Source: Octopus vulgaris (lineage: Eukaryota). From it: a DNA stretch of 64,000 nucleotides. Below, one piece after another: positions 1 through 13,121 of this stretch. The translations under genes and the position numbers were made by a program. The stretch is from positions 135,346,001 through 135,410,000 of the forward strand of contig OX597815.1 of assembly GCA_951406725.2 (NCBI GenBank), written 5' to 3'. Numbering within the stretch: position 1 is the stretch's first letter; each line of letters starts with the position of its first letter. The notes beneath the pieces were generated by a model. The model did not search any database and had not been told where the DNA came from. It was given only the letters and a program-made list of their open reading frames with translations.

Positions 1-493
1 CAATACTGCCTGACTGGCATCTGTGCTGGTGGCATGTAAAAAGCACTGTTCAAGCATGGTTGATGCCAGTCACCTGACTGGTCCTGTGCTGGTGGCATGT
101 AAAAAGCACTGTTTGAGCCTGGGCCATTGCCAATGCTGCCTGACTGGCTCCCATGCCAGTGGCATGTAAAAGCACCATTCGAGCATGGTCATTGCCAGTG
201 CCAACTGACTGGTTCCTGTGCCGGTAGTATGTAAAAAGCACCATTCGAGTGTGATCGATGCCAGCACTGCCTGACTGGCCCTTGTGTCGGTGGCATGTAA
301 AAAGCACCCACTACACTCTCAGAGTGGTTGGCATTAGGAAGGGTATCCAGCAGTAGAAACATTGCCAGATCAGCTTGGAGCCTAGTGCAGTTTTCTGGCT
401 TACCAGTCCTCAGTCAAACAGTCCAACTCATGCCAGCATGGAAAGCAGACATTAAGCGACAATGATGATGATGATGATTATGATGATGATGAC
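1..493 (+). mobile_element. 3' tail of RTE-type LINE / RTE-tail repeat with ~5 tandem ~65-bp units and (GAT)n tail
   Basis: Unit actgcctgactggc...gtggcatgtaaaaagcac is repeated about 5 times (1-310), then ggttggcattaggaagggtatccagc and a (gat)n tail. The same tail follows the RTE body at 17700-17870. Confidence 0.8.
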
Positions 494-1175
494 TCATTGC
501 AGAAATGTGAAGCAAACAATCCTTTTTGGGGGGAAGAGAATGGTGGCTGGGAGTGAAAAATGGATAGTCTGTTACAATGTGAAGCACAAAAGATCATGGG
601 GAAGCATGGTAAACCACCAGAAATAACCTCCAAAGCAGGACTTCACCTGAAGAAAGTTGTGCTTTCAATTTGAAATGATTGAAAAGGTATTGTCTTTTAT
701 CAGTGCCTTTCCATGGACAGGACCATCAATTTGGGTATGCGCTGTGACCAGCTAGACAAATTAAATACAGTAATCCATTAGAAGTGTCAGTACTTGCATT
801 ATCTTTCATCACAACAATGCCGAATTTCACATTTTTTTGCTGATGCTGCAGAAATAATTGAGGTTTGACTGGCAAGTTTTGCCACATCTTCCTTATTCGT
901 TAAAGCTTGCACCTTTAGATTTGCACCTGTTTCAGTCACTTCAAAATTTATTGAATGGACTGACCTTCAGCTCTGAAGAGGGAGTGAAAATTCATGGTTT
1001 TCATCAATAAAGAAGAAAAATTCTTTGAGTAGGGAATAATGAATCTGCCTACAAGATGGCAGAAAATACCAGAACAAAGTGGTAATTATATCAATGATTG
1101 AATTAATCATTGTGTTTAAGACTTGTGCCTTATTTTTGCTTAAGAAACTAACTAGACTTTTTGGCCAACACAATA
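494..1175 (+). mobile_element. Degenerate mariner (Tc1/mariner) transposase, 3' half plus right TIR
   Basis: Translates with stops and frameshifts to RMVAGSEKWIVCYNVKHKRSW (cf. TGDEKW), PKAGLHLKKVVLSI, IFHHNNA (cf. HDNA), PHLPYSLKLAPLDLHLFQSLQN (cf. YSPDLAPSD) and GIMNLPTRWQK..GNYIND* (stop 1099-1101). Ends in TIR-like ttttggccaacacaaTA. Confidence 0.9.
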
Positions 1176-2560
1176 GTATCATCTTCATATGCTACAAAGG
1201 TAAAGAAGAAGCTCCAGAAAGAAGTAATTACAGAAGCAACAATAAGACAAACCCACTTCTGGCAGTTACAAGAAGTGTTATGGAACTAACCACAAAATAA
1301 GATGAGATGCAGTTTATTTGTAACAGGATGGAATATCATTGATCCCCTTATCCTAGTGAGACAACAATAAGAAAGGTTCATAGCAAAGAGTAAACCACTG
1401 TGTTTAGCATTTTGCCAAACTGGAGAAGACAAGGCACCACGTAATGTACTTTGTTAATTGCTAAGAACACTCAGAGTAGTAAGTAGCTTGCACGTGCAAG
1501 CCATGTACAGATAGGTTGTAAACGAAGCAAAAGTTAGTAATGACTTCGGTGAGGAATTTAGCTTGTGTTTCGGTGCCTGTCAGAGCTTAGTCCTCAGAGC
1601 CTTTTGTTTATTACAGTTTTACCAATCTAAAACAGGAGTTTATGATCAACCGTTCACAGAAACTTCTATATGTTCAAGACCTAGTTCTCGTAGCTAAATC
1701 TGACAAAGAGTTAGAGAAGAAATTCAAAACAGTGAAGCAAAGCCTAGAGCTGAGAGGTCTTAAAATAACCCTAGCAAAAAATAAAGGAAAGAAGGCAACA
1801 CTCTATTGCCTTCTGGAAAGTGGCTGTGTTCAATATGCAGAAAAGGAATAGTTAGTAATGTTCTTTGGTATATTCAGTATGAACTACGTGTGTTCAAGAA
1901 ATGCACTGGAATCATAGGCTAACTTTTAGAGAATTACATCTGTGAGTGTGTGTGTGTGTGTGTGTGCACGCATGCACGTGCAGAGTAGTGGTAACAACAA
2001 TCACACAATAAATTTTTCATGAGAAACTGTTGATTGCTTCCATTATGAAGGTGACCTAATAAGCAGTGGAGGTGGGTGTTCCAAAAGCATAGTAACCAGA
2101 GTAAGAATGGAATGGAAAAGGTTGAAGGAGTTATTATTTCTCCTAGCAATAGATGGACTCTTTCTTTCAGTGATAGGCAGTTTATATGATTCTTATGTGC
2201 AAAATGCAATGTTGCATGGAAGCAAAGCTCATGAGCATTGAATACATAGAATATGCAAAGACTGGGAAAAAAACGATGCAAGGATACTCCATTGGATGTG
2301 TAGTGCTAGTGTGCATGAACAATGGAACGAAAGTGAACTGAGAGAAAAACTGAGTACAAGAGGAGTCAAATGTATTATGTAAAAGGGAAGAGTAAGATGG
2401 TATAGACATGATACATATAGAGGATAACAGTTGAATAAAGAAGTGCTAGTTGAGTTGAATAGAAAGAACCAATGGAAGTGGAAGGAATCAGGGAAAGTGG
2501 AAGACCAATACAGACACTGGAAGAAGTGGTCAAAGCTGACATCTGGCAGCAGAAGCTTAG
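1176..2560 (+). mobile_element. Highly degraded RTE-clade LINE (RT and C-terminal region)
   Basis: CYKGKEEAPERSNYR, an EMQF motif, KPLCLAF, LLYVQDLVLVAKS (YADD equivalent) and a GRP C-terminal motif. Homologous to the copies at 15921, 21098, 33677 and 63120. Confidence 0.85.
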
Positions 2561-3377
2561 GAAAATAGGTAGGCTTAAATAATGATAAGAATCAACTTCA
2601 GTGGGATTTAAAATTAATGTAGAATAGCAAGAGAACAAATATCAAGAAAAAAAAAAAAAAGAAAACCTACAATTTAGTCTGACATTGTATGTTTTCTTTG
2701 AGCATATCACCATAAGAATTAGTAACATTATGATGGTAGAGGGTGATGGATTAACAGAATTCAGAAAATTTTGGAAAAACTCCTTGTGGTATTTAGTATG
2801 GCCCTTTGTATTCTGATTTTAAGTCTTACCAAGGTTAAGTTTGCCATTCATGCTTCCAGTGTCCATAAAAATAAGTGCAAGTGCTGGAGAGCAGGGTATA
2901 ACCTTTGGTCTTCTCCAAATGTGAGCACTTGCGCTTTTGTTAGAAATGAATGTTAATGATAGTAATGATGAAGCTGATGACAACAATGACAGTGATGACG
3001 AAGAAGAAGAAGAATAATATAATCAGTTTTGATAGTCACTGCTGGCTGCAAGTATTAGTCTGTGTACATGAAGCTACAACACAATTTAGTGATAAATAAC
3101 CAAGGTTGGTACATGGTTGGCTGAACGCATTACTAAATAACAGAGATGTTGCTTTGGTGTTAATGTCCTCTCCATTGTATTGTCTATATGAAACTGTGAG
3201 GGGATATCAAGGACAGTAAAAACATAAAAATGTCACATTAGCTTTTGTTACTTTTGTCATTGCTGTTACAGTCACAACACTGTTAGCGCTTCTGTCATGG
3301 CCCAAATACATAAAAAAAGACCTATATTGAACTCTACCAGCTAACTTTTTTAATGTAACACTGATATAAAAATAGTC

Positions 3378-3555
3378 GCAGGAGTGGCTGTGTGGTAAGT
3401 AGCTTGCTTACCATCCACATGGTTCCGGGTTCAGTCCCACTGCGTGGCACCTTGGGCAAGTATCTTCTACTATAGCCTCGGGCCGACCAAAGCCTTGTGA
3501 GTGGATTTAGTAGACGGAAACTGAAAGAAGCTCGTCGTATATATGTATGTATATG

Positions 3556-3616
<61 letters not shown>

Positions 3617-3720
3617 TTGTGTGTCTGCGTTTGTCTCACCAACATCACTTGACAACCGATGCTGGTGTGTTTACGTCCCTGTAACTTAGCGGTTCGGCAA
3701 AAGAGACCGATAGAATAAGA
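3378..3720 (+). mobile_element. tRNA-derived SINE, family A (Octopus-type) with internal (TA)/(TG) microsatellite
   Basis: A-box-like TGGCTGTGTGG and B-box-like GGTTCAGTCCC. Near-identical copies at 39615, 53463 and 57567. Confidence 0.9.
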
Positions 3721-4028
3721 ACTATGATCAAAGGTGTTTTAGCTATGGCCATCACTTCTTGAATAATTCATGCCTATCTTGTTAGTTTTAAGACTTTTTA
3801 ATAACTGCCCACTCTGTTATGAGAAGATATTTGATCGCTATTTTTAACAGGTAGAATGACCACATTGAGGCTTCATTGTTAACTCATTGTGTTTGTTGTT
3901 TCACAAAACACTTCAGCACTAAGTACTCCTACTTGATTAAGTGACTTGCATGGTGAGTGTGAATATCATTCATTCAGGAGCAGTGAGCAATATTTTATTT
4001 TCATTCACAAGATGAGTTGTCAACTCAC

Positions 4029-4066
4029 TGTCCAGCTTCGCTTCTCCTGCAGAAGGATGCTTTAGT
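4029..4066 (-). other. Candidate 38-nt internal exon
   Basis: Minus strand reads ttttgtttttcccttttag|ACTAAAGC...GCTGGACA|gtgagt. Open as LKHPSAGEAKLD or TKASFCRRSEAG. Confidence 0.35.
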
Positions 4067-4247
4067 CTAAAAGGGAAAAACAAAAGATAATGTGTCATCT
4101 CGTATGTGAAACTCAGGAACCTAACAACCCAAGATCTAACTTCGCTATTTCTCTTCATCTTACTTTTCTGTGAATAAACTCTACTACTATTGGCACAGGA
4201 TATTTTTCTACTCATCACCCTTCATCCATTCACATCACACATCTTTT

Positions 4248-4829
4248 ATCTTTTACTTGTTTCAGTCATTAGACAGTGGCAATGCTGGGGCATCACCTTG
4301 AAGAAATTTTAGTTAAATGAACCAACTCCATAAACACATCAGCACTGGTTGTCAAGAGGCGGCGGCGGTGGTGGACAAACATAGACACAAAGACACACAG
4401 CCACACACATATACATATGACAGGCTTCTTTGAGTTTCCGTCAACTAAATCTACTCACAAGGCTTTGGTTCTCTTCTTCTTGTCTTGAGACAGCATTCAC
4501 CCACGGTGGGTTGAGCTGGCTTCATTCATCCTCAATGCTGCATCTCTCACAAACGCCAACCAGACCTGGCGATTTGAGGCTAACAACTGCGTGATCTCCA
4601 GCCACTCCTTATTCCAGCAGCAAACGCCGTAGATATGGGGGCCTAGGTTGGGTTCCAGATCAGCCTTGACTGTCATCAATCAGCCAGGTTTTTCGGTGTC
4701 CACCACATCGCTTTCGCCAACCCTGAAGGCTTTGGTTGGCCTGAGGCAACAGTAGAAAGACACTTGCCACACTGGGACTAAATCCAGAATCACGTGGTTG
4801 GGAAGCAAGCTTCTTACCACACAACCACA
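4248..4829 (-). mobile_element. Family A SINE interrupted by a LINE fragment
   Basis: SINE tail at 4248-4470 and head at 4726-4829. The two halves join at the duplicated aaggctttggtt. Confidence 0.85.
4471..4725 (-). mobile_element. 5'-truncated RTE-type LINE 3' end (second family) with 12-bp TSD
   Basis: TSD aaggctttggtt at 4459-4470 and 4726-4737. Encodes an RTE-like C-terminus (GWRKRCGGHRKTWL..TVKADLEPNLGPHIYG..WNKEW..ASNRQVW) and ends in a short (aga) tail. Confidence 0.8.
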
Positions 4830-5587
4830 GTAAACCACCAACCTTCTGTAATCATCATCTGATACTTTTAATGCTCAGTCACTTTCACAGTTACTTGCAG
4901 CTCAAACTTCCATGCAAGTTAATGTTGCATGAGACCTTCAAACTAATAGAGGAATGGGGGCATCAAGAGTTAAATGTCTTGGCCACAGGTACAACATGTT
5001 GACCAAAGACCTGATACAGACTTCCAATTCTCAGAGCAGGTAAAATGGTTCTCAGTCACACTGAACACCTTTGATGCTAATTTACATTGTTTGCTGAAGA
5101 TGTTTGTTACTACACTGTGTGAAAAAAATGTCCCACTTGTTTTTAATATGATCTTATTGATAGTTTTGAGGGTGGTGGCAATAGTGACAGTGACACTGTG
5201 TTTGATATGATATGGTTGTGGTAACAATGGTTTGATTGTTGTTTAACCCCAAGTCAGGTCAGACCTATGATCATGACCACCTTGTCTTATTCAAATAGTG
5301 CATCCAGGATAATATTATCCAATATTTTCTTTAAATTTAAGATGGTAGGATGAGATCTGGTTCTATTTCTAGTTCAGGTAGAGACATCCTTCACTGATTA
5401 TGATGATAATGATGAAAATAGGTGTAGTGGTTGTTATGTATTGAAAGGAGTGGCAATGTTGAAAGCAGAGATGATGATGATGGTGATGCCAATATTAGCT
5501 ATCATTCTTGCAGCAGCAGTAGTAGTGGTAATAACAGTGCTGATGTTATAATAATGGTAATTATATATATATATATATATATATAGC

Positions 5588-5772
5588 TAGGGAAAGTTGA
5601 CGAAAAAAAAACAAAAGACGAAGACAGGTGGTGTAGAAAACAAACAGATGTATTAGTATAACGCTCAGGAATAGAAAAAGTCTTTTACGTTTCGAGCCTA
5701 CACTCTTCTACAGAAAGGTACACAGAAGAAACAAGGAGAGAAAAAAATGTGTGTAGTGGCTAACGATCTATC
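5588..5772 (-). mobile_element. Short Penelope-like-derived repeat with minimal hammerhead-like motif (5686-5713)
   Basis: Minus strand: cttt-CTGTAGAA-gag tgtagg ctc-GAAAC-GTA-aaag. Related sequences at 58790-58870 and 59470-59700. Inserted beside (TA)n. Confidence 0.5.
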
Positions 5773-6272
5773 ACACACACACATACATATGCATATATAT
5801 ATATATACATACATACACACACACACACACACATTTAGATATATATTCATTTATTTATATACATATATATATATATACACACACACACATATAATGTTGA
5901 TGATGGAAGAGGATGATGAATATAATGGTGATAAAAGTGACAATATCACTGACATACTAAGCCATGAAGCAACCCTCACAAAATAGGTACTGTTGACAGA
6001 TGGTAACATGAAATCTATAACAAACATGTCATACACATGACAACAACGGGTGTTGAGACTGATAACAACAACAGCAACATCATAAGCAACAGCAGAAGCA
6101 GTAATAGTGACATATTGAAACAAAATAAATATATTGAATTTTACTAGAAATATAAGAATTGAGAATTATGCAGAGAAGTGGGAGGGGAAGTATATGCAAT
6201 GTATTATGTAGAGAGAGAGAAGGAGGGGGGATAGAGGGAGAGTCAGAGTGTATGAGGGTGTTTATGTGCCAT

Positions 6273-6304
<32 letters not shown>

Positions 6305-7989
6305 AAAGAAAAATGTGGATGAAGATATATTTATATACACTGATTGAATATACATCCACAACTATCGAATAGAGAGAAAATTTAGTGCACATATGTATAC
6401 AGATGTGTATATAATTACATTACACATATGTACACGAACACATACACGCATTATGATGTGAAATATTACACCCAATCACATGCTCAAACACTAATTGCAT
6501 AGAAATATAAACCATAACCATGCGCACACATTAAAGAAAAGGCGTTATAGAACACTTAGGCGTAAATGCCTAGTGACAATATATATATATATATAAACAC
6601 ATGAATATGTGGCTAAGGAGTTTGTTGTGCAACTACGTGATGTAAGGTTCGATTTCGCTGTATGTCACATTGGAATAGAATTCGGTATTTAGAGATTATA
6701 AGGAGGGGGAAAAAAATGTTAGAAGCATGTATATGGGTGGTGGTGACAGAACGAGTACATTCAACTGTTTTAGTTGCTATTAGTGTTCAACTGAATTATC
6801 TCCCTTTACATCACATCAATAGAAGGCGGTGCCCTGGCATAGCTGCAGTTCAATGACTGTAACCAATAAAAAGAATAAAAGAAAAAAATACATACATACA
6901 TACATACAACCACATAAAATAAATTCTCAGAAGTACACTACACACCCAGACACTCGCACACACATACATTCTCTTCTTTCTCTTTTCTCTCTTTAAATGC
7001 ACAGTTCACTAGACAGTAAGACAGACACTTATAGAATAAACGAAAGAGATATAACTAGGTCACAGCATAAGCAAGTTTTGTTCTTACCAAAAACTATTAT
7101 TGAGTAAAAAGTAAACAATGCTTGTTGTGGTAGGTGGAGGGGTAGTTCACAGAGCTGCCATCGACACATCGACACGCACGCACGCGCACACACACACACA
7201 CACAAACACACACCACACATATACATACATGTACACATAAAAAAAACACCATGACAACAAGCTAGTGACTACAAGACAAAGTCCATGTATGGAACAGATG
7301 GATTATGTAATGTAAAGAAAAATAGAAAGAGAGGGGGAGTCAGACGGGCACAAAGGCAGACAGCCAGGTAGACGGAGAAAAACAAAGATAGACAGACAGA
7401 GAGAAAAGGAAAGAGAGAAAGAAAGGGATAGACAGTCAGAGAGAGAGAGAGAGAAATAGATAAATACATGTGTGTGTAGGTAACATAAAGAGCGAGAAAA
7501 CAAGTATATTTGATTATCATAGATATTACATTCACAATAATTTATTTTACAAAACTATGTAAAATGCATTATAGTATGTGTATTGAATATAATATACATA
7601 GAGCTTACAAATTATGTAAAATGTATTTATATTATAAGTTTATATTGCAAACATACAACAGGATAATATAATTTTGTACTCGAGAGAAAAAAAAAAAATC
7701 AACTGATTGAGAAGGAAAACAGAAAAAAAAAAGTAAATTAATGAGCAAATAAGTTGCATAAAAACACAATTAATATAGACTCTATGTAATATTTAAATTG
7801 GTGGTCTTGTGGATATGAATGCTTTTGTTTAGTTCAAGAAAATAATTCCTGGTTCAGTACCAGTCTTGAACTGAGTATGCATAGAGAAACAGGCTTACTA
7901 CCTGTTGATGATTGGAGAACAAGCCAATCAAAATGTACTGCAGATTAAACTAAGGGCCAATCATTTCTGAAGTTGAAATTCAAAGTTGA

Positions 7990-8165
7990 TCATCATTATC
8001 ACTGTCATTATCTTCTACTATCCATTTTCCATGCTGGCATGGGTTTGACAGTTTGATAGGATACAGAGAGAGAGCCAGCCACTGGGCTGCACTGAATTCC
8101 AGTGGCAGCTTTGGCATGGTTTGTATGACTGGATGTCCTTTCTAATGCCAACCCCTTTACAGTGT
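7990..8165 (-). mobile_element. RTE-tail repeat fragment
   Basis: Reverse complement of the tail at 310-493 (ccatgctggcatgggtt...cctttctaatgccaac). Confidence 0.75.
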
Positions 8166-11100
8166 TTTTCCCTTTTTTTTTTTTCTTTTTTGACCTATGA
8201 GCACTAGCAAGATTAACTTGCAAGACAGAAAGGAAAAAAGGGAAAAGCACCTGCCACAAGTGGGGAATTTTTTTTTTTTTTTTTGGAGGGGGTTTAATTG
8301 CTTTTATACCAGGTGTTGAAAAAGTTAAAGTATAATAGGAAAACACAAGCGTCTTTCTACAGAAGAGCTGCATGGCTGCCCCACCTTGTATAGGAGCAGG
8401 GGTAATAGTTGGGAAGGACATAAAGATGGTAGTAATGAACCAACAAAAAATATATTACCAACTCATTTTAGACTTTTAGCCTCACTTGTCTTTAGAATTT
8501 ATTCCTGATAAATATATAATTTTAAAGTGATGAAAGAAGACAAAGTATATGAAAATAAAATAGGATAAATATCCAGCAAAATGAATACATATACATTAAT
8601 TCTTTCTTTTCCTTTTTTTCTTTTTTTGAGGAATGAAAGGTAAACAACAACTTATGACATTCATGCTTTTGACCAAAGGTCTTTTTGATGTGATTTAGGT
8701 ACTGCTGCCTCCAGTAAAGTGCTTGCCACAAAGCTGATGATGGTAATGTTGGTAGTGGCAGTGATAGTGATTTCTTATATGTTGAGGATCTGACAAGAAG
8801 TAAAATGGGAGCTGCAACAATTGTACAACTCCTTGAATATCATCACTATGCCATGGCCAAATGCCGACTTCACTTTTCCTGTTATCTGAAAACACTTCAA
8901 TTGGTACATTACTTCCTACACCAACTGGAACTGGAGTATTGTGCTCCTGTTAGACATTCTTACAATGTTTAACATTCATTTTATCATCTTTCTCACAAGA
9001 GCAATGAGATCTAAATCTAGTTTGGTCAAAAGCTCCATATATAGAGTAGAAATCATAGCAGAAATCATATCAGCAAGTGTGGTTCATGATTATTGCTACC
9101 ACAATCAAGATCTTCTCTGTTATTCATAACAACCTGAGCTGATCAAAACAACTATATTTCCTCACATGATTTAAAAGATTTGGCAGCTATTTTGAAAAGA
9201 TTAAGTGACTAACATAAGAGGTAACGATTGTGGTGATAAAATTGAGTACTTGGGTTTCTTGCGCACCTCTTATGGCAACAGCATCCATTAATTCACTTCC
9301 TTAATTCAACAGCAGTTAAAGTTTGGAGAGTAAATAGTTGGTTTACTTCTTTTAAATACTCAGGCATAGAAGATATTGCATGTAAAACCAAAACTTTGAA
9401 ATGGAGGTATATTAAATTCTCTGAATCTTAGGAAAGAGAGTTAAAATGTTAGAAATGCTAAGCAAATTCTTAGCTCTACAAGTTGTTTCCATGCCATATG
9501 TGTGCAATGACTGAAACAGTTTTAACAGCAAGGTTAATATAATGCAATCATTAGACTTTAACAGACTTCCTTAGTCATAATCTTTAAATTTTGGGAGGAA
9601 CAGTAGTATGCGTATATATTTTATATTTATTAAACTTACAGAAAATATATTCAGCAGTAAAAAAAAACTCAATAGCATAAAAATGCATGCCATATGATTA
9701 TTCTTCAATGCTTCAATTGATCAACCACTGAATGCACCAACAAGATCTCATCCCTATTTCTTTGGAAAAGGCATAAATTTTCAAACTGTTTCCCACCTCC
9801 TTCCAACTACTGCAACAAAATAAGGTTCATCGTTTTATTGATAGATAATTTTGATAACAAAAGTTCAAGCAATGAACTTCATTTACATACAACCTTTAGG
9901 GGTTTAATAAGAAGAATGAAAAACTTTTTACTCGCACATCTATTCATACACGTACACACAGATACACACTTATAAGGAGAATAAAAACTAAGAATGATAC
10001 GACAATAAATTGACAGATACAAATATTTTTTGAGGTAATTTTAGATACCTATTTGAGGTTCTAGACTATGGCAAAGATATGATGCTGAACACATGACAAT
10101 ATGGCTGTATGCCCAATAAAATAATAAAGTGTTCAGTAATATCTAATGAATTGTTTTTTTCTGTTGTCATTGTTTAGTTTAGGTTATTCTCAATAAAGCG
10201 GATCTATGATCAAAAACATTTGAAGTTAAAAGTATTCAAAGTTAAAATCTGCCTTTATTTTATTTTATATTTTTTACAGGATGAACACATCTCTTACGGT
10301 ATATGTACGATCCTACATTGGTAGCTGCAATTGAGTAATGCTTTTGTTATGTTGTAATGATGGATGTAAAGATATAAAGGTAGTGTAGTGATACAATGGT
10401 ACAATGGTGACAGCTGCGTAATTATAAACACACATGTGGCAAATGTGTTTGTAATAATGCTCTAGTTGTCGTAGTAGTACGATTGGTAACTTTAATGTTC
10501 AGACTACCACAACTCCATTAGAAAGCAGAGGTTAAGGAATGAGGAGCAATAGGGGTGAGAAGAATGATGGAAAGCGGGTGCAGTTGATAGTTTATTGCAA
10601 ATAGGGAAACACAATAGGAAAATTGAAAGCAGTTATATTTGCAAATATCATTTGTAGTTCTGCATACTAATTAAAAAATGTACAACATTGAGTTTGTGGA
10701 AACAGTAGAGCTTCAAAGCTATAATGGGCTGGAAACTAATTGTATAGCCTGTTTCATTTTAACCTATCTCACAGTGTTTTGAGTTCAAAATCCCAACAGG
10801 TACTCAATTTTGCCCTTCATATTCAACCTACCTTATTACGTGCAGGTATGTGTGTGTGTGTGTGTGTGTGTTTGTACGTGTGTGTCTGTCTGTGCATGAG
10901 AGTGTGCATATGTATGCACAAGAGAATGCTTTATTTGGAGGAAGAGGGTAAGAATTGAAATAAGTAATGTTAGTAATTTACTGAGGCCAATTTAATGAAA
11001 TGATCTCATGCTGGAATAAAAAGAACCCAATACGAAGTAATTAGCTTTATTATTACAAAGATTTTAATGAGATTTACATACTCATTATTAAGTAACAACT

Positions 11101-11259
11101 AAAAACTCAAGGTTTCTCAGTATCTAATCAGTTAATTAAAAATAAGAGAGAAGGTTGTATTAGAAAAATACAAAGCATAACAAGCATAACAAGGATTATG
11201 CTTTTTTTTCTTTTACTTACTGCAAGGGGCAGTACCTATGGTCTTTGCAGGTCCCCCTA

Positions 11260-13075
11260 CACTAGTAAGATTGATGTCATTTAATGTTTCTTTTGAACTT
11301 TTGTAAAGAGACACCTGCAGGAAAGATATGAGCTGGGAAGGAATTCCAGAGAGCTAATATTTTGGGATGAAAGGACTAGGCATAGCAATTAACATGGAAC
11401 CTAAGGGGTGGTTAGAAAAACAAAAGCAATAAGAGGAGGAGAAGAATGCCTCAGTCGAGGCAGGATAACGTGCACTGCTCTGAGGAGTTACAGCCAGTAT
11501 GGTAGTGGTAGAACAGACAAGGAGAAGAGGCATTTTGTCTGTGAGCCAAAGCTTAGAGCATGTTTGTGACTTTATGCCAATCAGTTAGGTGGATTATTTT
11601 CTTGGTGGTGGTCTAGGATATCTGTGTTTATAGCAACACCATTCCATATGTGGAAGCAATACCCCATTGTGAATTTCACCTGAGCTTTGTAGTATCACTA
11701 GATGTTGGGGCCAGTGGTATCTTCCTTGCCTGAAATTAAAATCAAGTCAGTGAGATGCTTTTCTGGCTAAACTGAGAATGTGCTTTTGCCAGAAGAAATA
11801 TTTGGTGAGTGCATGATTTTGAGGACTCTAGCTGAGTGCTTACTCATCATTAAGTTTTCTTGATATGTGTAGTGTTTGTGTTTTCTTGCTGTTGAAAGAG
11901 ACGAGTAGTATATTCCCATTAGAGGGTACTTTTGGAGGTTTGTGTTCATTGAATCAGCATGTGGAGTTTAGAATGCAAAAGGACAACACATGAGGCACAT
12001 TAAGGAAGAATGAAGAGTATTATTGTCATCTGCATAAAAGTGGATAGATATTGCTGGATGTAGTAGTAAGTAAGTCACTGATGTTCTAAAGAAAGATAGT
12101 ACGAAGTAAAAATTAAACCTAAAGCCAGAGTTGATAAAATGAGGGATAGAAAGAGCTTCATTGTTGCATTTAGCAATAATGCAACCTGATAGGAAGCTAC
12201 CAGTCCAAGTAATGAGAGAGAGGTGGAGCACTTATGCAGAAGTTTCAACAGGAGATTTGCATGGCAGACACCTTTTGGTTTGTGTTTGTTCCTTCTCGAG
12301 CCATGCCTGGCTCATAAGGGCCGGTTTCCCGGTTTCTTGACGTATAGGTTCCCCACCAGGATGGGACACCAGTCCATTGCAGGTGAGCTGCAAGATGCAG
12401 GAGGAAAGAGTGAGAGAAAGTTGTGGCGAAAGAGTCAGCAGAAGTTTCACCATTACCTTCTGCCAGAGCCGCGTGGAGCTTAGGTGTTTCGCTCATAAAC
12501 ACACACACCGTCCGGTCTGAAATTCGAACCCACGATCCCTCGACCGTGAGTCTGCTGCTCTAACTACTAGGCCATGTGCCTCTACAGGCAGACACCTTAA
12601 AGATATGAGAAGTGACTGTAATGAAGTGGTAGTAGGACAAAAGGATTGCCTTTTGGCAGGATAGAATACATGGTAGCAGGTTTCAAAAAATCAGAATACA
12701 TCTCTGTAGAGGGTGAGGGCATTGAAGAGTTTAGTGCATATAACAGTGTACTTCAGAACAGTGAAAGAACACTAACAGTATCAGTAGCCTTGCTGGTTTG
12801 AAGTGACTGAAAATTCTTTCACACACAGGTAATGTGTATGCAATGTAATGGACATGGAGGGGTAGAAAAAGATAGAAGTGGAGAAGATTTGCCAAGTATG
12901 TGCAATATGGAGTTGGCTGCAAGGTGGCAACAAAGAGAAGGTAGCAAATTTTTCTGCGAGAGTTCTGTTCCCAGAACCATCACTGTTGCAGGAAGAGGAT
13001 TATACAAAGTTGATGGAAATCCTTTTAGCAAAGGATAAAAATGGTAAGCTTGCTATTTCAGAAACAGGATAGCTC
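11260..13075 (-). mobile_element. Degraded CR1/L2-group (Daphne/Crack-like) LINE, RT and 3' end
   Basis: VCHANLLLKL, LITWTGSFLSG, HFYADDNNTLHSS (YADD), YKAQVKFTMGYCFHIW, CLFYHYHTGC and LWNSFPAHIFP..LQKFK. Interrupted by a SINE at 12275-12586. Confidence 0.8.
12275..12586 (-). mobile_element. Full-length tRNA-derived SINE, family C, with 12-bp TSD
   Basis: Head has A box TGGCCTAGTAG and B box GGTTCGAAT. Central gcaatggactggtgtcccatcc segment and (caaa)-type tail. TSD ggcagacacctt at 12263-12274 and 12587-12598. Confidence 0.9.
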
Positions 13076-13121
13076 AAGAACTCTAAATTGTACAAAGTTG
13101 TCTTTTGTAGTTTATCTTTTA

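Noticed and set aside
1-310. CRISPR-like regularly spaced repeats
   Set aside because: Whole ~65-bp units are homologous with no unique spacers, the context is a eukaryotic retroelement tail, and there are no cas genes.
3378-3450. tRNA genes at SINE heads (also 12510-12586 and 45926-46010)
   Set aside because: A/B boxes run straight into SINE bodies, and there is no complete cloverleaf.
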